In this document: positions 11,733 through 20,408 of the stretch, piece by piece
Position numbering within the stretch: position 1 is the first letter of the stretch
How the letters are laid out: every line of letters starts with the position of its first letter
Assembly (NCBI GenBank): GCA_036676495.1
Contig: JAKFCT010000028.1
Location: 1-64,000 of the forward strand
From: Candidatus Sericytochromatia bacterium
GTDB taxonomy: Bacteria > Cyanobacteriota > Sericytochromatia > S15B-MN24 > UBA4093
Reading direction: 5' to 3'
DNA: 64,000 bases
The notes under the pieces: model-generated
What the model saw: the letters and a program-made list of their open reading frames with translations, nothing else
Databases searched by the model: none
What the model was told of the DNA's origin: nothing
Position numbers and translations under genes: made by a program

Positions 11733-12887
11733 ATGCCCATCGACATCCTCTTTATCAGCAACGGCCATGGCGAAGATTTGATCGCCGCCCGCATCGCCCA
11801 GGAGCTCTCGGATCTGGACGTACGGGGCTTTCCCATGGTGGGAGACGGCGACGCGTACCTGAAGGCCAGCATTCCGGTGGTCGGCCCCCGCCAGGCCATG
11901 CCCAGCGGGGGGTTCATCCTGCGCGACGCCGCGGCCCTGCGTGCCGACATGCGGGCGGGCCTCGGCAAGCTGGCCTGGGATCAGCTGCGCTTCCTGACTT
12001 CCATGGATCCCCCGCGCATGATCGTCGCCGTGGGCGACATGCTGCCGGTGGCGGCCTCGCTCTTGCTTCCGAGCGAGCGGGTGCTCATCGGCTGCAACAA
12101 AACGGACTTCTATACCAGCTGGGGATCGGCGTACCTGAGCGTGGAGATCGCGCTCTTCAAGCTGGCGGGCGTGACCGTCTACCCGCGCGATCCCTTGACC
12201 CATGCGCGCCTCGCCAGGCGCGGCGTCCGCAGCGCGTCGCTGGGCAACCCCATGATGGACGGGCTGGATCCGCGCTGGCCCGGCGAGCCGGGGGTGGTGG
12301 GCGTCCTGCCGGGAAGCCGCCCGGAGGCCTTCGATAACTTCGCTGCGATCCTGCCCTGCCTGGAGGCCCTGGGGCGCATGCGGCCCTTCGAGGCCCTCTT
12401 GGCGGCTCCACGCACGCTGGATCCGCGTGGCTGGGAGGCGATCGCCCGGGAAGCGGGCTGGGAGGTCGGGCCGGAGGCCTTCCGGAAGGGGGAGCTGATC
12501 CTGCGCCGCGACCATGGCTTCGCGGACGTCCTGCGCCGGTCGCAGGTGGTCCTGGGGCTGGCGGGAACGGCCAACGAGCAAGCGGTCGGCTGCGGCCGGC
12601 CGGTGGTGGCCTTTGCGGGCAAGGGCCCCCAGTACAATCCGCTCTTCGCCAAGCTGCAAGCCGAGCTGCTAGGTCCCGGCCTCGAGGTGACGGACGGAGA
12701 CCCCGAGCACGTGGCCGCGGCGATCTCCCGGGCCTTCGACCCGGCTCGACAAGCCGCCGCGCGCGCGGCCGGCCGCGAACGCATGGGAGAGCCGGGCTCC
12801 GCCGCGCGGATCGCGGGATCGCTTCGCCAAAAACTCGGTGGAAAGCCGATCCCCCGGGATCTCAAAAAAGCCTTTACTTTTCCTTAA
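11733..12887 (+). CDS. Lipid-A-disaccharide-synthase-related glycosyltransferase (TIGR03492-like)
   Basis: ILFISNGHGEDLIA, MPSGGF, LGNPMMDGL, LPGSRPEA, AGTANEQAVG, GPQY motifs. Confidence 0.8.
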   Translation: MPIDILFISNGHGEDLIAARIAQELSDLDVRGFPMVGDGDAYLKASIPVVGPRQAMPSGGFILRDAAALRADMRAGLGKLAWDQLRFLTSMDPPRMIVAVGDMLPVAASLLLPSERVLIGCNKTDFYTSWGSAYLSVEIALFKLAGVTVYPRDPLTHARLARRGVRSASLGNPMMDGLDPRWPGEPGVVGVLPGSRPEAFDNFAAILPCLEALGRMRPFEALLAAPRTLDPRGWEAIAREAGWEVGPEAFRKGELILRRDHGFADVLRRSQVVLGLAGTANEQAVGCGRPVVAFAGKGPQYNPLFAKLQAELLGPGLEVTDGDPEHVAAAISRAFDPARQAAARAAGRERMGEPGSAARIAGSLRQKLGGKPIPRDLKKAFTFP

Positions 12888-12975
12888 AGTTGGGTTAATT
12901 TGAGTATAACCCCGGACCCTCCCACACGGTCCTGCCTCAACGACGCACGGCACCCTGCCCGCCAAGGAGAGATGC

Positions 12976-13989
12976 ATGCAATTGACCTCGCTTCCGGTGA
13001 TCGAGCGGCTTGGAACTGGTAAACTCCGTCCGGCCTCCCCCGAGTCGAAAACCGGCAGGCCCTTTGCCTCGCCCAAGGAGATCTTGGTACAGACGCGGCT
13101 CGCGGCCCCCGAGGGCTTGCGCCAGCTCGCGTGGAAGGACGCGCTCTCGCTGACGCGTCCGCGGCAATGGGTGCTTCCGATGGGAGCCATGCTGGCGGGC
13201 TCGCTGGCGGCCGGTTGCGGGGATCACCTGATGGCGACCTGGCCCCAGCTGCTGCTGGGCCTGGCTTTGGTCGGTCCGCTGCTGGCGGGATCGAGCAACC
13301 TCATCAACGCGTATTTCGATCGGGATCTCGAGGCGCCGGGCGGCCTGCTTTCGTCGGGGCGGATGGCTCCGGATCTGGCGGTGGCCCAGATTGCCGTCAT
13401 GGCGCTTCTGGCGCTGGGAGCGGCGAACCTGCTGGGTCCCTGGATCTTCGGGTTGGCCATCGCGAGCGTGTTCATCTCGCTGGCGGTCAACGCGCCGCCG
13501 CTGCGGCTGCGCCGGCAGACCTGGTGGAACGGCCTCTTCCACGGGATCGCGGCGATCGCGTTCCCCTGGGTGATCGGCCACCTTCCGCACGCGGCGCTGA
13601 CGCTGAACTCCGCGATCCTGGCGGGACTCTTCGCGTTCGGCGCGATGGGCCTCCAGATCATGGCGGGCCTGACGGATGCGGATCGGGAGCGCGAGGCGGG
13701 AATCCGTTCGTTCGCGGCCCTGCTGGGCCCCGAGCTGGGGGCGCTGGTCTCCGCCTTGCTGGTGAACACCGCCATCCTGGGCGCCGCCATCCTCTGCTAC
13801 GACGGGAACGCCCTGGCGGCGTCGGGAGCGCTCTCGGTGCTCTTCGCGGTGACGCTGTCGGTGCAGTCCTCCCTGCTTTGGCGAGGAGCGCTGCGGGAGC
13901 GCTGGCCGGTGGGCCTGGTCCACGGCCTGTACATGGTCAGCATGATCATCGCGGGGGCGGCGATCGCCACGGTCACGACCTCGTTCTAG
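12976..13989 (+). CDS. UbiA-superfamily membrane protein resembling (bacterio)chlorophyll synthase ChlG/BchG, with degenerate catalytic motifs
   Basis: Multi-TM; WK..L.L.RP..W, GPLL.G, APPLRL, IAFPWVIGH, R..GIRS; first acidic motif reads NAYFDRDLE. Confidence 0.7.
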   Translation: MQLTSLPVIERLGTGKLRPASPESKTGRPFASPKEILVQTRLAAPEGLRQLAWKDALSLTRPRQWVLPMGAMLAGSLAAGCGDHLMATWPQLLLGLALVGPLLAGSSNLINAYFDRDLEAPGGLLSSGRMAPDLAVAQIAVMALLALGAANLLGPWIFGLAIASVFISLAVNAPPLRLRRQTWWNGLFHGIAAIAFPWVIGHLPHAALTLNSAILAGLFAFGAMGLQIMAGLTDADREREAGIRSFAALLGPELGALVSALLVNTAILGAAILCYDGNALAASGALSVLFAVTLSVQSSLLWRGALRERWPVGLVHGLYMVSMIIAGAAIATVTTSF

Positions 13990-14260
13990 CCCCTCACCGC
14001 TAATGCTCAGAGCCCTCGGCCCGCGCCGGGGGCTCTCAGGCATGACGACGAAACTGTTCGTCACTCTGGCCGAAGCCCGCCGAGCACGGCTTCATTACAG
14101 TCTATTAAGCAGGCAAGCCCAAACCCGCCAATTCTCCCCAGCGTCTTCACGCTTGACTAACAAAACTTTACAAAATGCTTGCCTGATGTTAACCTAGAAC
14201 TCTTCTTTCATCGTCGCCCGATCGTCCGACTGAACGCAGCCGTCAACGAGAGGAAGCATC

Positions 14261-14986
14261 ATGGCCACGAAACCCTTGACCCTTAGCCCCGTGCCGCGTC
14301 ATCCCCGGATGCGGACGTCCTTGCCGAGCCGTACCTGGCCGTGGGGACGCTTCCCGTCACGGCCCTCCGGGACGCTGACCCGCTTTGGATCGCTGTTACT
14401 AGCCGGGGGGCTGGTCTTGAGCTTGGGGGCTACGGCCCGTCTGGTGAAGGCACCGGCCCCTCAAGGGGTAACTGTGCCTCAGGGGGTTGCCTTGGCTCAG
14501 GCGCCGGCTCGGCCGCGCGTGACGCTGGACCGGATTGCTCCTCCTCCGGCGGGGCAGTATCCGTACAAGGCCTTGATCGCGGAGATGGCCGCCAAGTACG
14601 ACTTGTCGCCGGAGTTGGTGGCGGGCGTGGTCTACATCGAGAGCAACTTCGACAAGAACTCCGTGAGCCATGCGGGGGCCATCGGGCTGATGCAGCTGAT
14701 GCCGGCCACCGCAGGGCCCCTGGCCCAGCGGCTGGGGATGCGCAAGCTGGACCTGACCGATCCGCGCATGAACCTGGAACTGGGCTGTTACTTCCTGCGG
14801 CTGCTGCTGAACAAGTACGACAACCACCTTCCGACGGCGCTGAGCTACTACAACGGAGGGCGCTGGGGGATCGTGAGCCGCGGGGTCTACCGCAACCGGC
14901 GCTACATCCGCAAGGTCATGGACTCGTACTGGCGCTACGCGCAGCCGGTGTCCAACGGGTTCAGCACGGGCCAGGTGGCCCCGTGA
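14261..14986 (+). CDS. Lytic transglycosylase (SLT domain)
   Basis: IESNF, AVS-like NSVSHAGAIGLMQLMPAT, ALSYYNGG; N-terminal hydrophobic segment. Confidence 0.9.
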   Translation: MATKPLTLSPVPRHPRMRTSLPSRTWPWGRFPSRPSGTLTRFGSLLLAGGLVLSLGATARLVKAPAPQGVTVPQGVALAQAPARPRVTLDRIAPPPAGQYPYKALIAEMAAKYDLSPELVAGVVYIESNFDKNSVSHAGAIGLMQLMPATAGPLAQRLGMRKLDLTDPRMNLELGCYFLRLLLNKYDNHLPTALSYYNGGRWGIVSRGVYRNRRYIRKVMDSYWRYAQPVSNGFSTGQVAP

Positions 14987-15050
14987 TCGGGGCCTCGGTC
15001 GCCGAGCATTTCTGAGCGATTAAATCCTTATTATTTGTTCATTGAAACGA

Positions 15051-15079
15051 TTGCATCCGTTGTCGGGCTCGCCTATACT
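15051..15079 (+). promoter_or_regulatory. sigma70 promoter driving an ORF-less transcript
   Basis: TTGCAT-N17-TATACT with an AT-rich UP-like tract upstream (15020-15050). Confidence 0.75.
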
Positions 15080-15085
15080 GAGTTT

Positions 15086-15320
15086 CCGCAAGGGATGAGG
15101 CGCATGCCGAGAGGCCCGGGCCGCAAGGCCCCGGTCCGCAGGAGCGCCCCTAGCTGAAGGTGGGCATGCAGCGATCGTATGCTGTGGATGCAAATCCCCC
15201 CACAGGGTCCTCGATGGGGTCGCGGCCGAAGATTCTCCGGGATAGTCGGTAGGGCCACAGACGAACCTGACGGACCGAGGAGGCCAATCGTTCCTCGGAC
15301 GTCATCACTTCCCGCGACGC
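15086..15320 (+). ncRNA. Candidate structured non-coding RNA (~230 nt), family not recognised
   Basis: Lies between a promoter and a terminator; multiple helices, two closed by GCAA tetraloops; 5'/3' ends complementary; no credible ORF. Confidence 0.6.
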
Positions 15321-15347
15321 AAAAAAGGAGGCGCAAGCCTCCTTTTT
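15321..15347. terminator. Bidirectional intrinsic terminator
   Basis: AAAAAAGGAGGC-gcaa-GCCTCCTTTTT. Confidence 0.85.
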
Positions 15348-15359
15348 CGTTTCTCCCCC

Positions 15360-15686
15360 TCAGTGCGGCCGCTGCTCCGGGACCTTCGCGATCGTGAGCT
15401 GGTTGTTCACGTCCAGCACCGCCGGCACCGAGAAGGCCGCTTCCGCCGCCATCCGCTTGTCCTGCCGATCCGGAACCGTGCCCAACAACGTCACCACGCT
15501 GTTCAAGACCCGGATCTCCAGCCCGCCCAACGCGACCCCTTCCTCCTCCAGCGCCTCATGCACCCGTTCCGCCAGCTCCGCGTCGGTTTCGTATCCCAAG
15601 CGCTCCTCGCGCAAACTCGACGGATCCACGTAACTGGACTCCGCCGTGTAGCTCCCACACGTGGGGCAGTAGCCATGCTTGATCAT
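15360..15686 (-). CDS. BON-domain protein with N-terminal CxxC
   Basis: DAELAERVHEAL...VVTLLGTV...AFSVPAVLDVNNQL is the BON pattern; CPTCG at the N-terminus; GGAGG RBS. Confidence 0.85.
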   Translation of the reverse strand: MIKHGYCPTCGSYTAESSYVDPSSLREERLGYETDAELAERVHEALEEEGVALGGLEIRVLNSVVTLLGTVPDRQDKRMAAEAAFSVPAVLDVNNQLTIAKVPEQRPH

Positions 15687-15709
15687 CGCGCACCTCCTGC
15701 GACTCCCTG

Positions 15710-15780
15710 CCGGTCGTTTCTACAGGTCAGCTTCGCTTTACGACTAAAGCCGCTGGCGCCTCGAAACAGCCGCCGGCGCT
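15710..15780. repeat. Dispersed intergenic repeat, copy A
   Basis: CCGGTCGTTTC-taCAGGTCAGCTTCGCT...AGCCGCtGGCGCCTCGAAACAGCCGCCGGCGCT; matches copies at 23561, 52782 and 62781. Confidence 0.8.
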
Positions 15781-15861
15781 TGAGATCAGCGTAACAAGAC
15801 CCCCTCCGTTTTCAAACAGGAAGTCACGGGATTTCTTCCCCCGTCGCGCCGGGGCGCATGC

Positions 15862-15890
15862 AAAAGCCGCCCGGCTGACGCCGGGCGGCT
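15862..15890 (-). terminator. Intrinsic terminator
   Basis: AGCCGCCCGGC-tgac-GCCGGGCGGCT next to A4 (U-tract on the minus strand). Confidence 0.7.
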
Positions 15891-15902
15891 CATCAAAACG
15901 GC

Positions 15903-16064
15903 TTAGTGGTGCTTGACCCGTACCGACGCGTCGCGCGGCAGGTCGAACTCCAGACTCAGGTAATCGAGCATCATGCTCACCGCTTCGTCGCGGTTCTGAA
16001 CGGTGAAGCAATGGTTGAGGACCACATCCGCGTCGTAAGACACCGAAACCCAGTAGCTCTGCAT
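15903..16064 (-). CDS. Small hypothetical protein (~53 aa)
   Basis: ATG after GGAAGGAGAGG RBS, non-low-complexity sequence, own terminator; alternative start at 16091. Confidence 0.55.
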   Translation of the reverse strand: MQSYWVSVSYDADVVLNHCFTVQNRDEAVSMMLDYLSLEFDLPRDASVRVKHH

Positions 16065-16162
16065 GGCCCTCTCCTTCCGCTGGCGCGACATCCATCCCTT
16101 CTATCCGCCGTTCCCGCCCCGAACTGAGTTGTCCTCTGGTTAAACTTCGGGCAAGGTTCGAC

Positions 16163-16951
16163 TCAGCGCGACAGGACCCAGTAAAGCGTCGACGCGGCGC
16201 GGACGTAGGGCGATCGCCAGATCCCTTCTCTCCGGGGCAAACCCTCTAGACGGGCGATCGCCTCCTTCGCCCAGGCCTCCTCGGAGCGAAAGGCCGTCAC
16301 CAGCAAGACGCCTTCGGGCGTGAGCAGGCTCCGCGCATGCCGCAGCAAGCCATCGATATCGAAGTAGGGTCTCGGCAAGGCCCAGTCGAGCAATTCCTGC
16401 TCCCTCCAGAAGGGATGCAGCAAGAGGATCACGTCGTAAGCTCCCGCGTGGGCCCGGACATCGCCCGCGCGATACTCCGCCTCCAGCCCCCGCGCATAGG
16501 CCTGCGCGTAGTCATGCCGGGTGAAGCCGTCCCGGTAACGGTGATAGGGGTCGAGCTCGATCCCGGTCATCCTCACCTCGCGGGGCACAGAGGTTCCCGC
16601 GCGACGCAGGAAGCGATACGCTCCGGGCAGGTAGTGCCAGTCCTTGGCCCCGATATCCAGCACCGAAAGCGCCGGGGGGAGGCGTTCCGCCAGGGGGCCC
16701 AGGGCCGCCTCGAGCATGCCCACCACGTGCAGGTTCTCCCGCTGGTTCTCATGGTCGTCCGGCCAATCCAGGCCGTAGCGCTGGCGCAAGCGTCCGGACG
16801 CTTGCGCCAGCTCGGTTCCCGGGGGAAAGAGCTCTTCCCACGGCTCGGCCGGCACGTTCAGGCCCGAGCGAGGACGAAACGTCAGGCGACGCCATGCAAA
16901 ACGGGCGTGGTTGAGGAGGCTCCAGAGGGCGAAAGTCGAGGAGTGGCGCAT
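16163..16951 (-). CDS. Class I SAM-dependent methyltransferase-like protein
   Basis: VLDIGAK, GIELDP, YDVILLLHPF, LLTPEGVLLV. Confidence 0.7.
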   Translation of the reverse strand: MRHSSTFALWSLLNHARFAWRRLTFRPRSGLNVPAEPWEELFPPGTELAQASGRLRQRYGLDWPDDHENQRENLHVVGMLEAALGPLAERLPPALSVLDIGAKDWHYLPGAYRFLRRAGTSVPREVRMTGIELDPYHRYRDGFTRHDYAQAYARGLEAEYRAGDVRAHAGAYDVILLLHPFWREQELLDWALPRPYFDIDGLLRHARSLLTPEGVLLVTAFRSEEAWAKEAIARLEGLPRREGIWRSPYVRAASTLYWVLSR

Positions 16952-17062
16952 GGGAACATCCTACCAGGCCCGCGCGTTTCCTGAGGTTGGGCCGGAGTTT
17001 CGGGCTGGACACGCGGCCGGCGTTGCGGTTTACTCGTCTTTGACGATTATCAGGAGGATCCC

Positions 17063-17248
17063 ATGGTCACCGACGAACAAGTCGCCCGCATCAACGCGCT
17101 CGCCAGGAAAGCCCGCGAGGAAGGGCTCAGCCCCGAGGAGCAGGAGGAGCAGAAGCTCCTGCGCCGCGCCTACGTCGATGCGGTCAAGAACAGCCTTCGC
17201 TCCCACCTGGAGCACATCACGAATCCCACGCCGGAGAACCGAGGCTAA
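17063..17248 (+). CDS. DUF896/UPF0291 (YnzC-like) small protein
   Basis: RINALARKAREEGLSPEEQEEQKLLRRAYV; AGGAGG RBS. Confidence 0.85.
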   Translation: MVTDEQVARINALARKAREEGLSPEEQEEQKLLRRAYVDAVKNSLRSHLEHITNPTPENRG

Positions 17249-17351
17249 GGGCCTCGCTGCCAGCAACCCGCCAAGCCCTTCCCGGCTCGTGAACTTATGC
17301 TAAGATACGCGCAACGCGATCAGCGCATGGAGCGAGAAAGAAGGTGGGGCG

Positions 17352-17720
17352 ATGATCGACCAAGGTTACTTCGAGGAGAAGCTCAACGACGCGCGCCAGC
17401 GCGCCGTGAAGACCCTGGGCTGGGCGGACAATGAGCTGAAGAACCACGACATGTCCATCCAGGAGGCCATGCCGGACTCGGCGGACGACGAAATTGCCGA
17501 TTCGGCCACCGAGACCTTGACCATGGAGCTCGATGCCGCCTACCAGCGCCGGGCGTCCTCGCGCTTGAACGCCATCGACTCGGCGCTTCAGCGCATGCGG
17601 ATCGGCCAGTTCGGGATCTGCGCCAACTGCGGCATGGAGATTGCCCGGGCGCGCCTCGAGGCGATTCCGTGGACCCCTTACTGCCGGGCTTGCGCCCAGG
17701 ATCTCCAGGCCCTGGACTAA
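17352..17720 (+). CDS. TraR/DksA C4 zinc-finger transcription factor
   Basis: Acidic coiled-coil tip (DDEIADSAT), IDSALQRM..G.FGICANCG.EI...RLEAIPW...CRAC. Confidence 0.9.
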   Translation: MIDQGYFEEKLNDARQRAVKTLGWADNELKNHDMSIQEAMPDSADDEIADSATETLTMELDAAYQRRASSRLNAIDSALQRMRIGQFGICANCGMEIARARLEAIPWTPYCRACAQDLQALD

Positions 17721-18991
17721 CTCCTGGCGATCAGCGTGGCGTAGGCCTCGCCGTCCTCGACGCGATCGACCCGCGCCGTCCAGCGCTGATTGGGGGCGGT
17801 CTCGGCGGCGCTCACCCAGACCTTCAGGAAATGCGGAGTATGCCCGGGACGCTCCGGGCTGCCTTCCGGCGTGCGCTCCGTGAGGACTTCCACCTCTTGG
17901 CCGATGAATCCCTGCTGCCAGGTCGCCTTCGAGCGGGCGGCCGCCTCGCTGAGCCGTGCCATCCGCTCGCCGATCACGGCGGGACTGACCCGCCCATCGA
18001 GGGATTCCGCGTGCGTGCCCTCCCGGACCGAGAACGGGAACTGGTGCACCCCGGCGAAGCCGATCTCCTCGACCATCGCGAGGGTCTCGGCGAAATCCTC
18101 CTCGGTCTCCCCCGGGAAGCCCACGATGATGTCGGTGGTCAGCGCCAGATCGGGCCGCACGGCCCGCAGCTTGGCCACGAGGCGGCGGTACTGGTCCGCG
18201 TTGTAGCGCCGGCGCATCCGGGCCAAGACCCGGCTCGAGCCGCTTTGCAGGCAGAGGTGAATCTGGGGGCAAACCTTGGGATCGGCCAGGCGCTCGACGA
18301 GCGCGTCGGGAAAGTCGATCGGCTCGATGCTCGCGATCCGCCAGCGCGAGAGCTCCGGGACCTCCCGGATTAGTCGGTCGAGCAAGCCCGCGAGGGAGTC
18401 CCCGCGATCCCGGCCGTACATGCCCACGTTGGTCCCCGTGAGCACGACTTCCTGATACCCCGTTGCCGCGAGGGCGCGCGCCCGTTCCACCAGTGCGGCG
18501 GGCGCGACGCTGCGCTCGGGGCCCCGGGTCTGAGGCACGATGCAGAACGCGCAGCGGTTGTTACAGCCCTCCGAAACCTTCAACCAAGCCCGAGTATGCC
18601 CGGTTTGCGTCGGGGACGCGGGAAGCTCGGCACCTAGCTTGCGGTCGTACCAGGCGGCAACCTCGGCGGCAATCCGCTCCTTGTCGTCGCGCGTGGCGAT
18701 CAGCCGGACGCCGGGCATGGCGGCCAGCTCGTCGGGATGATAATCCACCGCACAGCCCGTGACGATCAGGGCCGCCTCGGGATTGGCCCGATACGCCCGG
18801 CGGATCACCTGGCGGCTCTGCCGATCGGCCTCATGGGTCACGGTGCAGGTATTGATGACGTAGACGTCGGCCGGCTCCGGGAAGGGCAGGACCGCGCAAA
18901 CGTCCGCCAGCTGCGCGATGAGCTGGGCCGTCTCGGCCTGGTTGGTCCGGCAGCCCAGGGTGGCGAAGGAAATGGTCGGGTGAGTCGACAT
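17717..18991 (-). CDS. mtaB: tRNA threonylcarbamoyladenosine methylthiotransferase
   Basis: TLGCRTNQAE, INTCTVT, radical-SAM GCNNRCAFC, LQSGS, TDIIVGFPGET, FPFSVREGT, TRAM domain. Confidence 0.9.
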   Translation of the reverse strand: MSTHPTISFATLGCRTNQAETAQLIAQLADVCAVLPFPEPADVYVINTCTVTHEADRQSRQVIRRAYRANPEAALIVTGCAVDYHPDELAAMPGVRLIATRDDKERIAAEVAAWYDRKLGAELPASPTQTGHTRAWLKVSEGCNNRCAFCIVPQTRGPERSVAPAALVERARALAATGYQEVVLTGTNVGMYGRDRGDSLAGLLDRLIREVPELSRWRIASIEPIDFPDALVERLADPKVCPQIHLCLQSGSSRVLARMRRRYNADQYRRLVAKLRAVRPDLALTTDIIVGFPGETEEDFAETLAMVEEIGFAGVHQFPFSVREGTHAESLDGRVSPAVIGERMARLSEAAARSKATWQQGFIGQEVEVLTERTPEGSPERPGHTPHFLKVWVSAAETAPNQRWTARVDRVEDGEAYATLIARS

Positions 18992-19060
18992 GGGTTCGAG
19001 CTTAGCATGGGGCCTTTTGGGGAACAACATGAAACAGCTAGACCCCGCGTCGGAGGCCCC

Positions 19061-20329
19061 ATGTCCCTGATCGATCCCGTCTCGCGCTGGCTCTCCCAGG
19101 CTCCCCTGGTCGGCCGCTACTTCAGCCCGTCCCCCGGCACCCCGAGCAAGGCTTCGGCCGCGTCCGGGGACGAGTTGATCCGCCGCAGCCCGCGCCGGGA
19201 TCCGTTGCGCGTCCACGACTCGTTCGAGAGCCTGCCTCCTGCCAACGGCCGCCACAAGCTGGGAACGGGCACCACGCTCCAGGTCTCCAACCCCGAGGCC
19301 AAGCCCCCGACAGGCCCCGGCCTCACGACGATGAGCTTCAACATCCTCAAGGGCGGAGAGCGCCGCGAGGAGCTGCTCCGCTACCTGCGCGACCTCGATC
19401 GCCAGGGCCGGATGCCCGACGTCATCGCCCTCCAGGAAGCCAACCAAGAAATCGCGGCCTTACTCGCCAAGGAGCTGGGCTTCCATCTCGCGTACCATGG
19501 CCGGGAGCGCGACGAGAAGGGCCGGCTCGTCAACGGTAAGGCCTTCCTCAGTCGCCACCCCATCGAGGACTCCGCGCACTTCACCTACGGCCTGCCCGAG
19601 ACCGAGCGCCAGGACGCGATCCGTCGCAAAGGCAAGGTCGGAGAGCTCGCCGAGGATCGCGGGGCCCTCAGGGTCACGCTCCAGGTCAACGGGCGAGCCG
19701 TCGATCTCTACAACATCCACCACACCCTGGGCGACGCCGGCCTCAACGCGAGTCAACTCCGCCAGCTCAAGACGCTCGCCGAACAGAGCCGAAAGGCCGG
19801 CCGAGAGCTGGTCGTGACGGGGGACTTCAACGCCAACACCATGATCAAGCAAGACGGCTCTTGGTGGGAGGCTCGCCGAAGCGCCTACGACTCGACCGAT
19901 ACCATCGAGGAGTTCCAGGCTCGCTACGGGTCGCTCGGGGACTCCCTGGGCGACGCGAGCGCCGGCAATATCGCCAACGCCGGAGTGCGCCGAGCGTTCC
20001 AGGACTTGATGCGGCTCGCGCCCGATGCCTGGGATGGCGTGGCCGAGCCTCGCACCCGGCGAGCGGACGGTAGCCTGATGACCGCCCAAGCGGCTCGCGA
20101 CCGACTCAATTCGGGAGCGGTGCCGGCGGGGTCCGAGGAGTGGCGCCGCTTGCAGGACGCCGCGGACGGCGCGACCCTGACCGCCGGGACCCGCAAGGAC
20201 GGGACCACCCCGGCGATGGGCAAGCGCTTCGACGCGTTCTTCGCCAGCCTCACGCCCCGCGTGGTCGAAATCGACCGCAGCACCAAAGCCTCGGACCACC
20301 AGCCGCTGATCGCGCACTTCGAGATCTAG
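19061..20329 (+). CDS. Endonuclease/exonuclease/phosphatase (EEP) family protein
   Basis: MSFNI, DVIALQE, LSRHPI, TGDFN, SDHQPL; low-complexity N-terminal leader with no signal peptide. Confidence 0.85.
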   Translation: MSLIDPVSRWLSQAPLVGRYFSPSPGTPSKASAASGDELIRRSPRRDPLRVHDSFESLPPANGRHKLGTGTTLQVSNPEAKPPTGPGLTTMSFNILKGGERREELLRYLRDLDRQGRMPDVIALQEANQEIAALLAKELGFHLAYHGRERDEKGRLVNGKAFLSRHPIEDSAHFTYGLPETERQDAIRRKGKVGELAEDRGALRVTLQVNGRAVDLYNIHHTLGDAGLNASQLRQLKTLAEQSRKAGRELVVTGDFNANTMIKQDGSWWEARRSAYDSTDTIEEFQARYGSLGDSLGDASAGNIANAGVRRAFQDLMRLAPDAWDGVAEPRTRRADGSLMTAQAARDRLNSGAVPAGSEEWRRLQDAADGATLTAGTRKDGTTPAMGKRFDAFFASLTPRVVEIDRSTKASDHQPLIAHFEI

Positions 20330-20348
20330 CCCAAGCGTTCCGTTTGCC

Positions 20349-20392
20349 AAAAGACGCCTTGCTCCGCATCCCGTGGAGCAAGGCGTCTTTTT
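20349..20392. terminator. Bidirectional intrinsic terminator
   Basis: AAAAGACGCCTTGCTCC...GGAGCAAGGCGTCTTTTT between convergent genes. Confidence 0.85.
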
Positions 20393-20408
20393 CTGGTGTC
20401 GGCGGGGG

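Noticed and set aside
15086-15320. tmRNA, RNase P, SRP, cobalamin riboswitch or T-box identity for the ncRNA candidate
   Set aside because: No tRNA-like acceptor or tag ORF, no GAGGAAAGTCC, no SRP domain IV motif, no B12 box or T-box sequence, and no downstream sense gene.
15710-15780. Repeat element as a riboswitch for the BON and phoA genes
   Set aside because: Other copies lie antisense to neighbouring genes or in tandem, which fits a dispersed repeat better.
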